Made by a program: the position numbers and the translations under genes. The notes beneath the pieces are model-generated. The model did not search any database and was not told the origin of the DNA. It saw only the letters and a list, made by a program, of their open reading frames with translations. Shown here one piece after another: positions 48,801-58,830 of a DNA stretch of 64,000 bases. The first letter of the stretch is position 1. Every line of letters begins with the position of its first letter. Source of the DNA: a virus; the IMG/VR virus record IMGVR_UViG_3300033156_000439, positions 17,824 to 81,823 of that record, one strand, 5' to 3'.

Positions 48801-51266
48801 CTTCAAGTCAAAGCTGAGGAATTGTGGCAGGAGGTATCTAAGGGATCGAGAAACAAGATGGAAGCTTTCATTAAGATCTTAGATAAATTGGGTGTTGCAG
48901 AGGACAAAGAGCGCAAGAAAGCAATTGAGAGAGTAAAAGAAGTGATCAACGGTAAGACTCCTTTGGAAGATCAAAACAGAATTATTATTGATTACATAGC
49001 GGGATTAATGACTGTTTCAGACAAGGAGGGAGAACTCAAGACTATCGAGGCTCGGATTAATCAGTTGCGAGCTGAAAATAATAGACTACTCTACGAAAAT
49101 CTTCGAGTTTTAACTGACACAGGATATATTTCAGGCAAAGTCGCAGATGATCTTCAATTATTTATCAGTGCAGCTCAGGATGTTGGAAAAGTTACAGTAG
49201 AAGACAAGGAAAAACTTAAAGATATGATTATGGGATTCATATACGTTGGTGAGAGCACTGGAACCATTGAAGAGCAAATGAGTCATCTCGGAGATATATT
49301 GAGAGGGTTTGGGTTTACTTTTGAATTTATCCCGGATAAAGCTGAAACGGCTATGGACGAAACAAGGTTAATCATTAAAGACGCGATGGGCGGAATTGTC
49401 TTTGATAGTACTAAAGAATTCCAAAACATAAGAGACATGATAAGTGGATTGCCAGAAGAAACAAAAGAGAATTTAAAGAAGGGAGTCGAAGAGTGGGGTA
49501 CTCTTTTTGAGAGAGCAAAAATACTCAATATTGCATTTAGTGCTCCAATAGAAGAAGTATTCAGAAACCAGTTAGTTGAATTGCATAGCATTAATGAGAA
49601 CACGAAGTTGATGGCACAAAAAGGCATTCCAGTAAGATCAATGCACACTGGTGGTAAAGTAGAATATACAGGACTACACCTTCTGCACAAAGGGGAAATA
49701 GTAGTTCCAGAGAAGATAGCTCGACAGTTGAGTACTTCACACTCACCTATAAGAGAAGGCGTGATATCTCCCGTAATTAAGAATAATGTAGAATTTGGAG
49801 GATTCATTGTTCCTCTTGAAGATCTTAAGAAGCTTCTTTCCTCTTTAATGAATCAACCTGAAGTCCATTCAAGCGTTATTAAGGAGGTTTCAAATAAGGA
49901 AATTCTTAAAGACTTTAGGGAAAGGGAAGTAGGACAACAATACATTAAAAAGGTGATGCACGACTCTAACATCATAAGGAAGTCCTCGGTGGTAACATCC
50001 CTCTTACCAATTCACGTATCTACATCTTCCCCCGTGCTATCCTTATCTCTTCCGAAAGTGGACGTGAAACCAAGTGATATGTCAGCGCGAATTGACACAA
50101 AAATACCAAGAGATAGAATCATCAAGACGCACCTCATAGATTCGCATGAGACATTCATAAATGGTGTACAACGCAATGTAATTGACAAGTCCGATACAAA
50201 TATCATAGAAAGAACATTTAGCACCATATCTTCATATTTGCGTTCTAATGAAATTTATGAAAATAACCGAGAAATACTCAGAGAGGTAAGTCACGTCTTT
50301 GACAACAAAGTAGTAAGAGAGAACAACCTTATTGAGAATCTACAAACATTGAAAGAGGTTATTCTTAAGGACAGAGAGGTGATCAATAATAACATTCAGA
50401 ATGTTCGAGATAACAGTGTGATTACTCGATATTCTGATGTTCAAAAGGAGGTAATTAACAATTTCGTTGAGAAAAATACAACGTCGTTATTAAGAGGAGG
50501 AGGGCTTCCTGCACTCAACAAGGAAGTAGTGAAGGAGGACCATTATAAAGAAAAAATAATCACTCTCCGAGATAACATTCTTAAGAATGTAGAAGCCCTA
50601 AGATACTACAATGAAACTGTGAAACCTCTGATAATTAAAGATCATACGTCTTCGATAAGACAATTTGATGCCGAAAAAGAATTGGTTACGTCACAGGTTA
50701 ATAATTTGATCGAAAGGAGTAAAATCCTAACGTTAAAAGAAGAGGTACTCACTTCTGACAGTGAGAAGATAACAAAGGATCATATTCATGAAAAATTAAA
50801 TGTAATAAAGGATATATACTCTAAGAGTAAAGAATTAATAAAATATAATAATATTGTTAATAATATAAAGGAACAAAGCATTGTACCACAAACAGGGCTG
50901 TTCCAAGTTGAGAAAGGAGACATTGTGATACCAGAACCAAAGGTAAACAATTTGATTGAAAACTCGCTCAACTTGGAAGTATTGAATTCTCTGTTAGCTT
51001 CACTCAAGAGACTCCAAGGTTTTTCTTCAACGACCAACTCCACTCTTAGGGAAATATTGCATAAAGGAGTGCTTGGTTCACTTCAAACAGGAGGAGCAAT
51101 TGGAGAGACAGGTCTTTATCTCTTGCATGAAGGAGAATACGTCGTGCCCAAGTCAGCTCCGTCACAAGTTATGAACATTCACATTGAACACATAAGCTTA
51201 AGTCCTGAATACACAGCAGAGAAATTCCTTAAAGACTTAGAGTCATACAGATTCTCTCCATTATAA
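45801..51266 (+). CDS. Tail tape measure protein
   Basis: 1821 aa helical protein; TP901-type core (FADFESQL..AGRLGI..LGSSIDILANTSAANAEQI..AGTRI); C-terminal TGG..TGL.LLH.GE.VVP motifs. Confidence 0.92.
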   Translation: MVEKIEVVLEGVDRTQQAFATFRKNLESSVSELRKARADIFAYSASLKNAIQWQQMSAKEYVKVTSQLRQYDKYVTRLTTEIPKNQQEQARWVKSIKEGLSPIRQYITNYEDIAPLLDKVAGRALKYNNTLIETTGFTKKGSQYVETLSSRFRRLARSFSEAQGPLYKWGRVFNHYLPIIFVGVYAFRNLEQKLEQITKAFADFESQLVVVERTTGMAHDTVERLGKIFLTLGEQLPVPLEGLEDIAITAGRLGIRGEANILAFTDAIVKMSNATVLSADSASNALARIANAMGIPIPYVENLGSSIDILANTSAANAEQIATVMRKAAGAAKTMELPASALAAMGATLVESGEEAARAGTRISRALVYASTKTGVMARQMGLSVKELRKRMEEDMLGVLLDYLKMLKDTPSKVERLSKAHEVFGMIGTKAIVKLANNYDSLAKHIKDAQDDMVYNITLEKEYAKTLDTTAAKMQMLDNAIERQRIILGEKLAPVYFKMKEIVLAFYKVLAGPEPVEYGNIILSLSENLEKMLAPSKSLLAISEKQISLFEKSLEDLPHLIGYEDAYAKLLGATSEYQFLGYTRAKLRYDQILKEREVIDKSNKTLKHHVKALIEDAAFAGSSAIQHAYLNRVIQDAIHFVSRYETGIEGLNRAKDTLLNLTLKGIGIQETWNNVHMQEIKNIEKEVKAHHGSVVEFLARADAVKEGAFSQIVFNDVLNRGMRVLAKYSPSMKRAVSLAASLTKVLIEEGLASDKLKNVWEELGELLEQRMRLSTELSQIELQWNAITQDKSNLESQLSEIFEDQLEIIGRLLEGSDSLAESYFILNDALQYLNGEYPTFESLTRGILATINGTIVPIKALDLGIIRLSNILPSKYFSVLDVLLEKHKQIVESYEELNAAELEYGPGSEEVVKARTKVRTSIEEYSKSLSDFTPVLIELNKKEREWGLTESERYKQIKDAAILNKEELEVYKDSIDATSQYYSNLDRIHEIRQEILSLSGLQVKAEELWQEVSKGSRNKMEAFIKILDKLGVAEDKERKKAIERVKEVINGKTPLEDQNRIIIDYIAGLMTVSDKEGELKTIEARINQLRAENNRLLYENLRVLTDTGYISGKVADDLQLFISAAQDVGKVTVEDKEKLKDMIMGFIYVGESTGTIEEQMSHLGDILRGFGFTFEFIPDKAETAMDETRLIIKDAMGGIVFDSTKEFQNIRDMISGLPEETKENLKKGVEEWGTLFERAKILNIAFSAPIEEVFRNQLVELHSINENTKLMAQKGIPVRSMHTGGKVEYTGLHLLHKGEIVVPEKIARQLSTSHSPIREGVISPVIKNNVEFGGFIVPLEDLKKLLSSLMNQPEVHSSVIKEVSNKEILKDFREREVGQQYIKKVMHDSNIIRKSSVVTSLLPIHVSTSSPVLSLSLPKVDVKPSDMSARIDTKIPRDRIIKTHLIDSHETFINGVQRNVIDKSDTNIIERTFSTISSYLRSNEIYENNREILREVSHVFDNKVVRENNLIENLQTLKEVILKDREVINNNIQNVRDNSVITRYSDVQKEVINNFVEKNTTSLLRGGGLPALNKEVVKEDHYKEKIITLRDNILKNVEALRYYNETVKPLIIKDHTSSIRQFDAEKELVTSQVNNLIERSKILTLKEEVLTSDSEKITKDHIHEKLNVIKDIYSKSKELIKYNNIVNNIKEQSIVPQTGLFQVEKGDIVIPEPKVNNLIENSLNLEVLNSLLASLKRLQGFSSTTNSTLREILHKGVLGSLQTGGAIGETGLYLLHEGEYVVPKSAPSQVMNIHIEHISLSPEYTAEKFLKDLESYRFSPL

Positions 51267-51267
51267 A

Positions 51268-51618
51268 ATGACATGGAAAGTTAAATTTGGGGATTTGGAA
51301 TTGGAGTATGTTGAGTCTTGGTCTCCAGGAATAGATCCAATGAAGAAAATTTACACGATGTATGATGGGTCTACTGATGTTGCTGCCTTTGGAAAGATAC
51401 GATGGCGACCTAAAATAGTTGGTATATGCGACGAAACCAAAGTCAATGAAATAGCAAATGCCGCTGTAAAATACTCTGACGTTCTCAAGATAAATACAGA
51501 AGAAGGAATGTTTGAATTTGAGAAAGCTTCTATTATTAACGTGAATTTAGATTATTGGCGTCACGCTGAAGGCAAAAATTATTATCGCGTAACAATAGAA
51601 TTTATAGTCTTAGGATGA
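51268..51618 (+). CDS. Putative distal tail protein
   Basis: Position directly after the tape measure; beta-rich 116 aa. Confidence 0.5.
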   Translation: MTWKVKFGDLELEYVESWSPGIDPMKKIYTMYDGSTDVAAFGKIRWRPKIVGICDETKVNEIANAAVKYSDVLKINTEEGMFEFEKASIINVNLDYWRHAEGKNYYRVTIEFIVLG

Positions 51619-51630
51619 TGAGGTGATAGA

Positions 51631-51804
51631 ATGGCAACAAATAACCTTCCGAGTAAAATACGAGCAGAAGTGGTTGTGCATAGAGCAGATGGAACCACTG
51701 AGCGTCAATTACCAATTTCTTTTGATTTGATGGAAGAAGATAGAAAAGCAATAGAGAACCATTTATTGTTAAGAAAAGCTTTAGCTTTAACTCGTATTAT
51801 CTAA
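51631..51804 (+). CDS. Small virion-associated protein (57 aa)
   Basis: Manual: MATINLPSKIRAEVVVHRADGTTERQL...; GAGGTGA RBS. Confidence 0.5.
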   Translation: MATNNLPSKIRAEVVVHRADGTTERQLPISFDLMEEDRKAIENHLLLRKALALTRII

Positions 51805-51834
51805 TTATAACAAACTAAGGAGGTCTTTAATGAA

Positions 51835-52212
51835 ATGGCAGTTACAAGTAGTGCGATAACCAATGTTGCTAAGATCAATTTGGCGTATGCTCTTATAAAC
51901 CAGAATGATTCCTCTTTTGATTATCGATGTATGGGAGTAGGCAATGGTAGTCAGCCAGCAAGCAATGGAGACACAGGGCTATATGGTAACGAAAGTAAAT
52001 ATGTGACGGTAGAGGGGGTATACGAAGCAGATTACACCGCCAAGTGGAGTCATACTTGGGGTTATGATGACCTACCTTCGCACGAATTCCGAGAAGCGGG
52101 AATATTCAAAAACGAGTCAGAACTCGAAATGCTTGGAAGGATTGTCTTTGATCCAATTACTCTCAATGAGAGCGATTATATAGAGATAACAATGCGAGTC
52201 AAGTTCCCATAA
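51835..52212 (+). CDS. Tail fiber/baseplate-associated protein
   Basis: ITNVAK..MGVGNG..DTGL..E..REAGIF..MLGRIVF pattern typical of tail-fiber N-terminal domains. Confidence 0.65.
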   Translation: MAVTSSAITNVAKINLAYALINQNDSSFDYRCMGVGNGSQPASNGDTGLYGNESKYVTVEGVYEADYTAKWSHTWGYDDLPSHEFREAGIFKNESELEMLGRIVFDPITLNESDYIEITMRVKFP

Positions 52213-52216
52213 ACGT

Positions 52217-55200
52217 ATGGCTTGGCTTGATCCTTGGGGAATTAGGCAAGAAGTAAAGGTTACGAATAACACAGGTCGATACCTTTATAACCATCAGATA
52301 CTTATAGAGCTCACCAGCTCCAATTTTGATTTTGAAAATTGTAAATCAGACGGTAGTGATATTAGATTTACTGAGTCTGACGGGATTACAGAACTTCCGT
52401 ACTGGATAGAAGAATGGAATTCGGAAGATAAACACGCTCGTATTTGGGTAAGAGTGTTTTCTTTGGCGCCTCTAAATTCTCACATTTTTCTGTATTATAG
52501 TAATCCAGACGCTGAGAAGAAAAGTAACGGCGAATTAACTTTTAAATTCTTTGATGATTTTGAGGAGGATTCAATTGATTCTGATAAGTGGAATATAGTT
52601 ACCAACGAAGGCACAATTGAGGTTGAGAATGGATATCTTAGGCTATACAGACCGGCTGGTAACAAAACAATACACATAGAATCACTCTCGTCTGTTTCTG
52701 GTCACATAGTAATCGAGTATAAGCAAAAAATATTGCAATCGAACTATTATTTCAGTTCTGTTTATTATGGTTTAATGCCAAACATTTCTTCCATAGGCTA
52801 TAGTTTATTCTCAGGCTATGAATCTGCACTTTATACGGGAGGGAGTTACTATCCCCCCAGAAGCAATATAGGCTCTTCGACAGACGGTGATGTAATTACC
52901 GATCCTCCAGTGAATACTTGGTTTATCGAAAAGTTTGTAGTACCTTCGGAACATTTATCAAGATTTTTAAATGAAGAAATTTTTGAAGCAGCCACCAGAT
53001 ACCAAGGAGTTAACAACGGAAAGATAGGAATTTACGCAGGCTCTGCTTCCTCTTACGCAATGGAGTCTCATACAGATTGGATTCGCGTCCGAAAATATGC
53101 CAATCCGCAACCATCTACTGAATTGGGTACGATAGAGATCAAAAAACATTATATTACGTTTAGATTTGAAGTGAATCCTCTACTTGAAGGGAGGCAGGGG
53201 GGGAAGACCCCCCTATCCTCTCAAGAGAACATAACCTCCGTAATATCATCTTCATTTTTCTGTTCAACTGAATTCCTTCAAAGTTTCGATTCCGAAATAG
53301 AGTCTATTTTTCGATTTTCTCCTCTTCCATCACCACCCTTTCCGTACTCTTTCAGATTTCCAATTTTTATAGAAAATAACACTACTAACACTCTTTATGA
53401 TTTTCAAATACCTGTTGAGATTAACCCCCCCAATTTTGATTATTCTTATTGTAATGAATATGGCAGTGACATAAACTTTTATAATGATGACTATTCACAA
53501 GAATTGCCTTTCTGGTGGGAAGAGTGGAATTACAATGGCAATTCTAAGGTCTGGATCAAAGTACCCGAAATTCCTCCAGGTTTCCATTTGTGTGCCATCT
53601 TAGTTTGTGGACATTCTCAATGGGATTACGTCCGTCCTGAACAACCAAAGGAAGTCTTCCTATTTTATGATGGATTTGAAAGAAGCGATGTTTCGAGTTG
53701 GACTTTTGAATTTTCTCCTTCAGATTCTGGTGAGCCATATTATGGAGTAGCCGATGCTTGTCATGGTGATTATGAACTCAAAGCTGGCTTTAAGGAGAAT
53801 TGTGAGAATCCTCACGTTACTGTCAAACAGACTATCTCGCTTCCTTCAGGAGAAAAAGTATTAAATTGTTGGCAGAAAGAAACGAATACTGGAGTTTCTC
53901 CAACTCATGCAATTTATATTAATGACATAGAGAAATGGTCAGACGTAGCTGACTCTGAATATGAGGATTGCGTTTTCATCCAAACTTCCTCCTTCACTGA
54001 TTCTGGGAATGTGGAAATTAAATTCACGGATTCAAAAGACTCAAACACGAAAGTTGGCATAAGACTTGATAGTATATTCATTCGTAAATACGTGGAGCCA
54101 TTTCCAACAGCTACGTTATTAGGTAAGGACTCTTTAATATTCCGAGTTTATCGTGACTTTCAATTAGATTATTCATTTCCCTTGGAAGACTTCAAAAAGA
54201 ATAATACAATAATGATTAGTGGAAGGCTTGAATCTTTCCCACTTTCAGAATTATCCTTTAGTTGCTCTCAGAATGGTACTCTGCTTGTCTCAAGCTATGT
54301 TCCTGCTTACTTGAAGAGTAATAATTTTCTTTTAATTCCGGGTTCTTGGAAACGTAAAAGAAACATCACAATTGAGAACAATACAGGTCAAACTCTTACT
54401 GATTATCAAATTTGCTTGACTCTTACACCAGAGAATTTCGACTACGAAAATTGTAGATTGGATGGAGGAGACCTAAGATTTACTAATCCTTCTCTCAAAC
54501 TCTTACCATATTGGATTGAAAGATGGGAGTATAATGGAATATCCCGAATATGGGTTAAGGTGGATGAAATACCCACAGGTTCTAATATCTGTTTATTTAT
54601 GTTTTATGATAACCCATTAGCCACATCCGAAAGTAATATTAAAACCACTTTCATACTCGGGGATGACTTCATGGACGATGCACAGTGGATATCCAGTCAT
54701 CCTTCTAAGATGAATATAAAGAATGGTCTACTCAATTTTGGTACTTTCGATAGTTATGAGTATCAAGCTTATCTTAGCACGAAAAATGCTCTCGACATAC
54801 CAGACTCATTTTTCATTCAGTTTAAATGCAAAATTAAGAATTTCTTGAATCCCTTTACTATATCGTACATAGGTGTATCTGATGAAGTTCCTAACACGAC
54901 AAATCTTGTAGCTTTTCAGCCCTTCTATAATGACTACGCTTACTACTTGAGTGTGAAGGACGACGGCGAAGATCATAAAGACAAAATGTATGCACCAGGT
55001 GGAGACAATGAAAAACTTCAAGAAATGTTCTCCGATGACTGCTGGCACGGCGTTAGAATATGGAAAGAAGGGAACACAATACACGGAGAAATATGGAATG
55101 GTGACTTTACAGAACAAATTGGATACGTAGAACCAGGAGGAGAACGAGAGGGTAGAATTACAGACGTGAATCCTTCGGGTTTGAAGAAGTTTGTTATTCT

Positions 55201-57367
55201 AAATCAAGCTCCATCTCCCGACGATAAGGAATTTGGATATGAAGGGTGTTTAGACGATTTGATAGTAGCTAAGTATGCTACTCCAGAACCCGTTGTTACA
55301 CTGGGAGAGCCTCAACATGTAATAATTCACGACTCCTATTGTTATTCGGAGAGTAAAACAGACTTCAGGTTAAATTCTTCTTATTTGATTGGGGAGACAT
55401 TTTCACTCCTTCCTCTACTTTCTCCTGTTGGTTCTACGGGTAATTATTTATCTTTTGGATTAGAAGTGAATCCTGATATTGATGGTTTTTCGGTACCCGT
55501 CTTAGAATATTTGTTGCACGCGGATATTTCAATGGAAGAACCTAATGTTCAAAAAAAGCTTTGGTTAAGCGAAGCTTTGTCCCAACCAATTGATATTTAT
55601 TCTAATTTCCTTATAAGTACAAATCTATCCGTAGTTCCTGAGTTGGAGTTTACAGGATTGCCCGCTGTTCATTGGTTAATAAATGGCGGAAATGTTTCCG
55701 ATCTTATAAGTTTCAAGGTTGTGCAAGAATGGGCAGCTCCTGATATAGCAGAATTAAGATTCAAAGGCTTGCCTCACTTCAAGGCTGGAGACGATATTCA
55801 CATAGTAGAAACTCCCTGTGGAGCTTATCCACAAGTAACATTATTCAGGGGACCCATTCTTTCGGTAGATAAAGAACTCGTTAGAGGAAGAGAAGAAACA
55901 GTCATTCGAGCTGTGTCTAATGAATGGTATCTTACGAAACAGAATTGTTTCTGGGGTATAGAGTCGTCCCTATATAGTCTCGATCCTCATCTTACAACTA
56001 GAACTTTAATAAGTATGTGGTTAGGTAGTTGGGGACAAGAAAGGAGGTATTCTTACGTACCTTGGCTTTGTTTATGGAGTAGAATTCCTGATCCGTTCAA
56101 AACAATTTGCCAGACGTGGAAAAATCAAAGAGGGTGGGGAGATGTTGAATTCTTCATGGGAGATGAAACTGATTGGTGGAACGCCTTTTATGAATGGGCA
56201 GTTGGATCGAATTGGAGATACATATCTGGTGTTTGTCCTCTCTACTTTGATGAAGTACCAGATTGGCAAACTAAATACGTGGAACGAAGTGGCAGATCTG
56301 GCTTCAATTTCTTTTACGGAACGACAAAATGGGACGGCATAATGCAAATTTGTAATGTCTGTGATTGCGTATTCTATTGTTTATATTGGGATAAGAAGGC
56401 TAACAATCCTCGTGCTGATTATGGACCCCAAGAAGAATATCTTTACGGTCCATTTGAAGACGGAAGGAGGTTAGCTGTATTCTTAACTAAAGAGACGGCA
56501 GAAAATCAAGTTAAAATTGAAATTCCTGTACACGATGAAATTCACCTTGGGCACCCTCCTGGAGGGCAGAATCAATGGATGTATTTTTATAATCCTCTTG
56601 CTCGTGATGCTGTATTAATGGTGGACGATGACTGGGAACATGGGAACTATCTTGGTAAATTAATAAGCATACGGACGAGAGAAGAAGGAAGTTCGGAAGA
56701 CACTAAAATTAATAGATTAGCCGTGACTTCTCAAGATTTCCCAGTTGTAACTGCTGAAAAATATAAACACTTGGAGAGGAAACCTGTTGAAGAGTTTATA
56801 GCGATTAATAATATTGATATCGAGGACTTGCAGGACTTGGAGTCTTTCGCGGAAGAGAGGCTCGAAGAATTGCGTAAACCTAATGTAACTTTTGAAGCTC
56901 GTTTTCTCTCACTTGTTGTTTATGAATCCCCGCGTTATGAGTTTGAGTTTCCTTCTCGAATACCCTTACATGTTGGAATGTATATAGGTTTTGATGGAAT
57001 CGAGGGTTTACCACCATCTTCAGACGAGGATGGCTATTATCGAGTCATGAAAATTACCTATGAGAGAGGAGAACAAACAGGTGGCAGACTCATTACTACT
57101 CTCGAGTGTAGAGATACCGATCTCGTTCATCCAGGTAGTCCCAAACTAAACGAAATTGAAAACATAATGCATAGAGAGGCAAAGAAAATTGAAAAGGGTC
57201 CTATACTCCCAGGTCACCCTTGTCCTTCAAATCCAAGATCACCAATGTTGGGAGAAATTCCCTGGATAGAGATAGGAGAGATAGTAAATTATAACGCGGA
57301 AGAACAAACAGTTGACATCAAAATTTATAGGACTGGGCAAGTAGTAAAGGGGATACCGTTATTATGA
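52217..57367 (+). CDS. Tail tip/baseplate hub protein with three DUF2341 domains
   Basis: Three NNT..L..YQI..NFD...G.D.RF..LPYW.E.W..IWVK repeats, then a hub-like C-terminal region. Confidence 0.8.
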   Translation: MAWLDPWGIRQEVKVTNNTGRYLYNHQILIELTSSNFDFENCKSDGSDIRFTESDGITELPYWIEEWNSEDKHARIWVRVFSLAPLNSHIFLYYSNPDAEKKSNGELTFKFFDDFEEDSIDSDKWNIVTNEGTIEVENGYLRLYRPAGNKTIHIESLSSVSGHIVIEYKQKILQSNYYFSSVYYGLMPNISSIGYSLFSGYESALYTGGSYYPPRSNIGSSTDGDVITDPPVNTWFIEKFVVPSEHLSRFLNEEIFEAATRYQGVNNGKIGIYAGSASSYAMESHTDWIRVRKYANPQPSTELGTIEIKKHYITFRFEVNPLLEGRQGGKTPLSSQENITSVISSSFFCSTEFLQSFDSEIESIFRFSPLPSPPFPYSFRFPIFIENNTTNTLYDFQIPVEINPPNFDYSYCNEYGSDINFYNDDYSQELPFWWEEWNYNGNSKVWIKVPEIPPGFHLCAILVCGHSQWDYVRPEQPKEVFLFYDGFERSDVSSWTFEFSPSDSGEPYYGVADACHGDYELKAGFKENCENPHVTVKQTISLPSGEKVLNCWQKETNTGVSPTHAIYINDIEKWSDVADSEYEDCVFIQTSSFTDSGNVEIKFTDSKDSNTKVGIRLDSIFIRKYVEPFPTATLLGKDSLIFRVYRDFQLDYSFPLEDFKKNNTIMISGRLESFPLSELSFSCSQNGTLLVSSYVPAYLKSNNFLLIPGSWKRKRNITIENNTGQTLTDYQICLTLTPENFDYENCRLDGGDLRFTNPSLKLLPYWIERWEYNGISRIWVKVDEIPTGSNICLFMFYDNPLATSESNIKTTFILGDDFMDDAQWISSHPSKMNIKNGLLNFGTFDSYEYQAYLSTKNALDIPDSFFIQFKCKIKNFLNPFTISYIGVSDEVPNTTNLVAFQPFYNDYAYYLSVKDDGEDHKDKMYAPGGDNEKLQEMFSDDCWHGVRIWKEGNTIHGEIWNGDFTEQIGYVEPGGEREGRITDVNPSGLKKFVILNQAPSPDDKEFGYEGCLDDLIVAKYATPEPVVTLGEPQHVIIHDSYCYSESKTDFRLNSSYLIGETFSLLPLLSPVGSTGNYLSFGLEVNPDIDGFSVPVLEYLLHADISMEEPNVQKKLWLSEALSQPIDIYSNFLISTNLSVVPELEFTGLPAVHWLINGGNVSDLISFKVVQEWAAPDIAELRFKGLPHFKAGDDIHIVETPCGAYPQVTLFRGPILSVDKELVRGREETVIRAVSNEWYLTKQNCFWGIESSLYSLDPHLTTRTLISMWLGSWGQERRYSYVPWLCLWSRIPDPFKTICQTWKNQRGWGDVEFFMGDETDWWNAFYEWAVGSNWRYISGVCPLYFDEVPDWQTKYVERSGRSGFNFFYGTTKWDGIMQICNVCDCVFYCLYWDKKANNPRADYGPQEEYLYGPFEDGRRLAVFLTKETAENQVKIEIPVHDEIHLGHPPGGQNQWMYFYNPLARDAVLMVDDDWEHGNYLGKLISIRTREEGSSEDTKINRLAVTSQDFPVVTAEKYKHLERKPVEEFIAINNIDIEDLQDLESFAEERLEELRKPNVTFEARFLSLVVYESPRYEFEFPSRIPLHVGMYIGFDGIEGLPPSSDEDGYYRVMKITYERGEQTGGRLITTLECRDTDLVHPGSPKLNEIENIMHREAKKIEKGPILPGHPCPSNPRSPMLGEIPWIEIGEIVNYNAEEQTVDIKIYRTGQVVKGIPLL

Positions 57368-58830
57368 AGATAGGTGATAACGTCCTTCTCTATAACACAG
57401 GAAGTCGAACTGTTGCAGATGAAACCACAGTAGAAAGCACAATAATCAGTGGAAAGAGAGAAGCTAATGGTGAAATTCATCAAGATGATAACGTGCCCTA
57501 CGTTGCCTATCCTTGGATCGCTTCGGTAGTATCTACCCACACTCCTTATCCTGGATATACCATGTTAACAACAGAAGCCATAGTGGGATGGGGGCGAATC
57601 TTTCGATATGTCAGTAACGACTTTTGGTTCGGATCTGATAGCAAAGATGTGTGGTTAGATGAAGAAGGAACGATTTGGATTGGAGGAAGATGGGGTGTCT
57701 TTCTATACCCTTTTTCGTCTTGGGGTTATACGAAAGGAGAATTGAGGGAGTTTGGAAACGTTGGTCGTTGTTTTCGGCTTGTGCTTGGAAACGATTTATT
57801 CTATCTCTCCAATAGTACGAGTATATTTGCATACGATCGAAAGACTTTTGAGTTTAAATGGAGCAGAAACGTAGGAGGAATATCTAACTTTTATTATGAC
57901 GGAAAAAAGAACTTGTTAGTGATTGCTGGAGGGATGATGGCTAAGTTCCTCGATGGAACTGATGGCTCTATGATTGCGATGATCCCGTTATGGGGAGAAA
58001 GTCCTGATGTTACCAAAGATAAAGACGGCAATTATTGGTTCTTATCTGTATCTCATTTAAGATGTTATGATTACAGTTCTCACTCGTGGCAAGGTTATTA
58101 TTTTCCAGATTGTTTTAATGGAGTAAGCCATTGGAAATATTATAAAGAGTGGTGGGATTATTATCACTATCGCATAAAATACAAGTGCCCATATTCATCC
58201 GGGAAAAATCCCTGTCCCACCAGAATTAAGATAGTTCACAAAGATGAACTCAGCATTATAAACGAAAAAACGATATACGGATTGGGAGAAGAACATACCT
58301 TCCCGCTCGGTAAGAGATATGGTGGAGCCACAAGTATTTCTACTAACGCCAACGGTGATATCGCCGTTGGAGGATGTAATCCTTCAGGCGTTCCTCTTTT
58401 GTTCTTAGCCAAAACGAATTACAGAACTTGCTTGGGTGGAACAAGCACAGATTGTGATTATTATTGCTACAAATACGACTCATACTGGAAGGACTGCCCA
58501 ACCTATTGCAGTAATGTGAAACCGTTAGGAGGACAACACTCCTTTCTTATTGCTCGTACTGTCACAGCTTCTCAAATTTTAGGCAACTCTTCTTGTTGGT
58601 ACAACGCTCGTACTTTTAGTCGTTGCCCACTTGGATTTTATGACTCTCGCTCTCAGGCAATTCAGTGGGCGGGAGAATTTGCTCCCGAACGAACATCGGC
58701 TACTAACTTCAGTCTCGGAATCAATGGAGATGGAGGATTAGTAACACATTTAATTTGGGGAAGGAATTGGAAGCCATTTACTAAGGCAATATACTATTAT
58801 CTATTCGGACCAGATGGGATAGAACAATGA
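57364..58830 (+). CDS. Putative receptor-binding protein A
   Basis: Trp/Tyr/Cys-rich, propeller-like; terminal motifs shared with the next two genes. Confidence 0.6.
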   Translation: MKIGDNVLLYNTGSRTVADETTVESTIISGKREANGEIHQDDNVPYVAYPWIASVVSTHTPYPGYTMLTTEAIVGWGRIFRYVSNDFWFGSDSKDVWLDEEGTIWIGGRWGVFLYPFSSWGYTKGELREFGNVGRCFRLVLGNDLFYLSNSTSIFAYDRKTFEFKWSRNVGGISNFYYDGKKNLLVIAGGMMAKFLDGTDGSMIAMIPLWGESPDVTKDKDGNYWFLSVSHLRCYDYSSHSWQGYYFPDCFNGVSHWKYYKEWWDYYHYRIKYKCPYSSGKNPCPTRIKIVHKDELSIINEKTIYGLGEEHTFPLGKRYGGATSISTNANGDIAVGGCNPSGVPLLFLAKTNYRTCLGGTSTDCDYYCYKYDSYWKDCPTYCSNVKPLGGQHSFLIARTVTASQILGNSSCWYNARTFSRCPLGFYDSRSQAIQWAGEFAPERTSATNFSLGINGDGGLVTHLIWGRNWKPFTKAIYYYLFGPDGIEQ

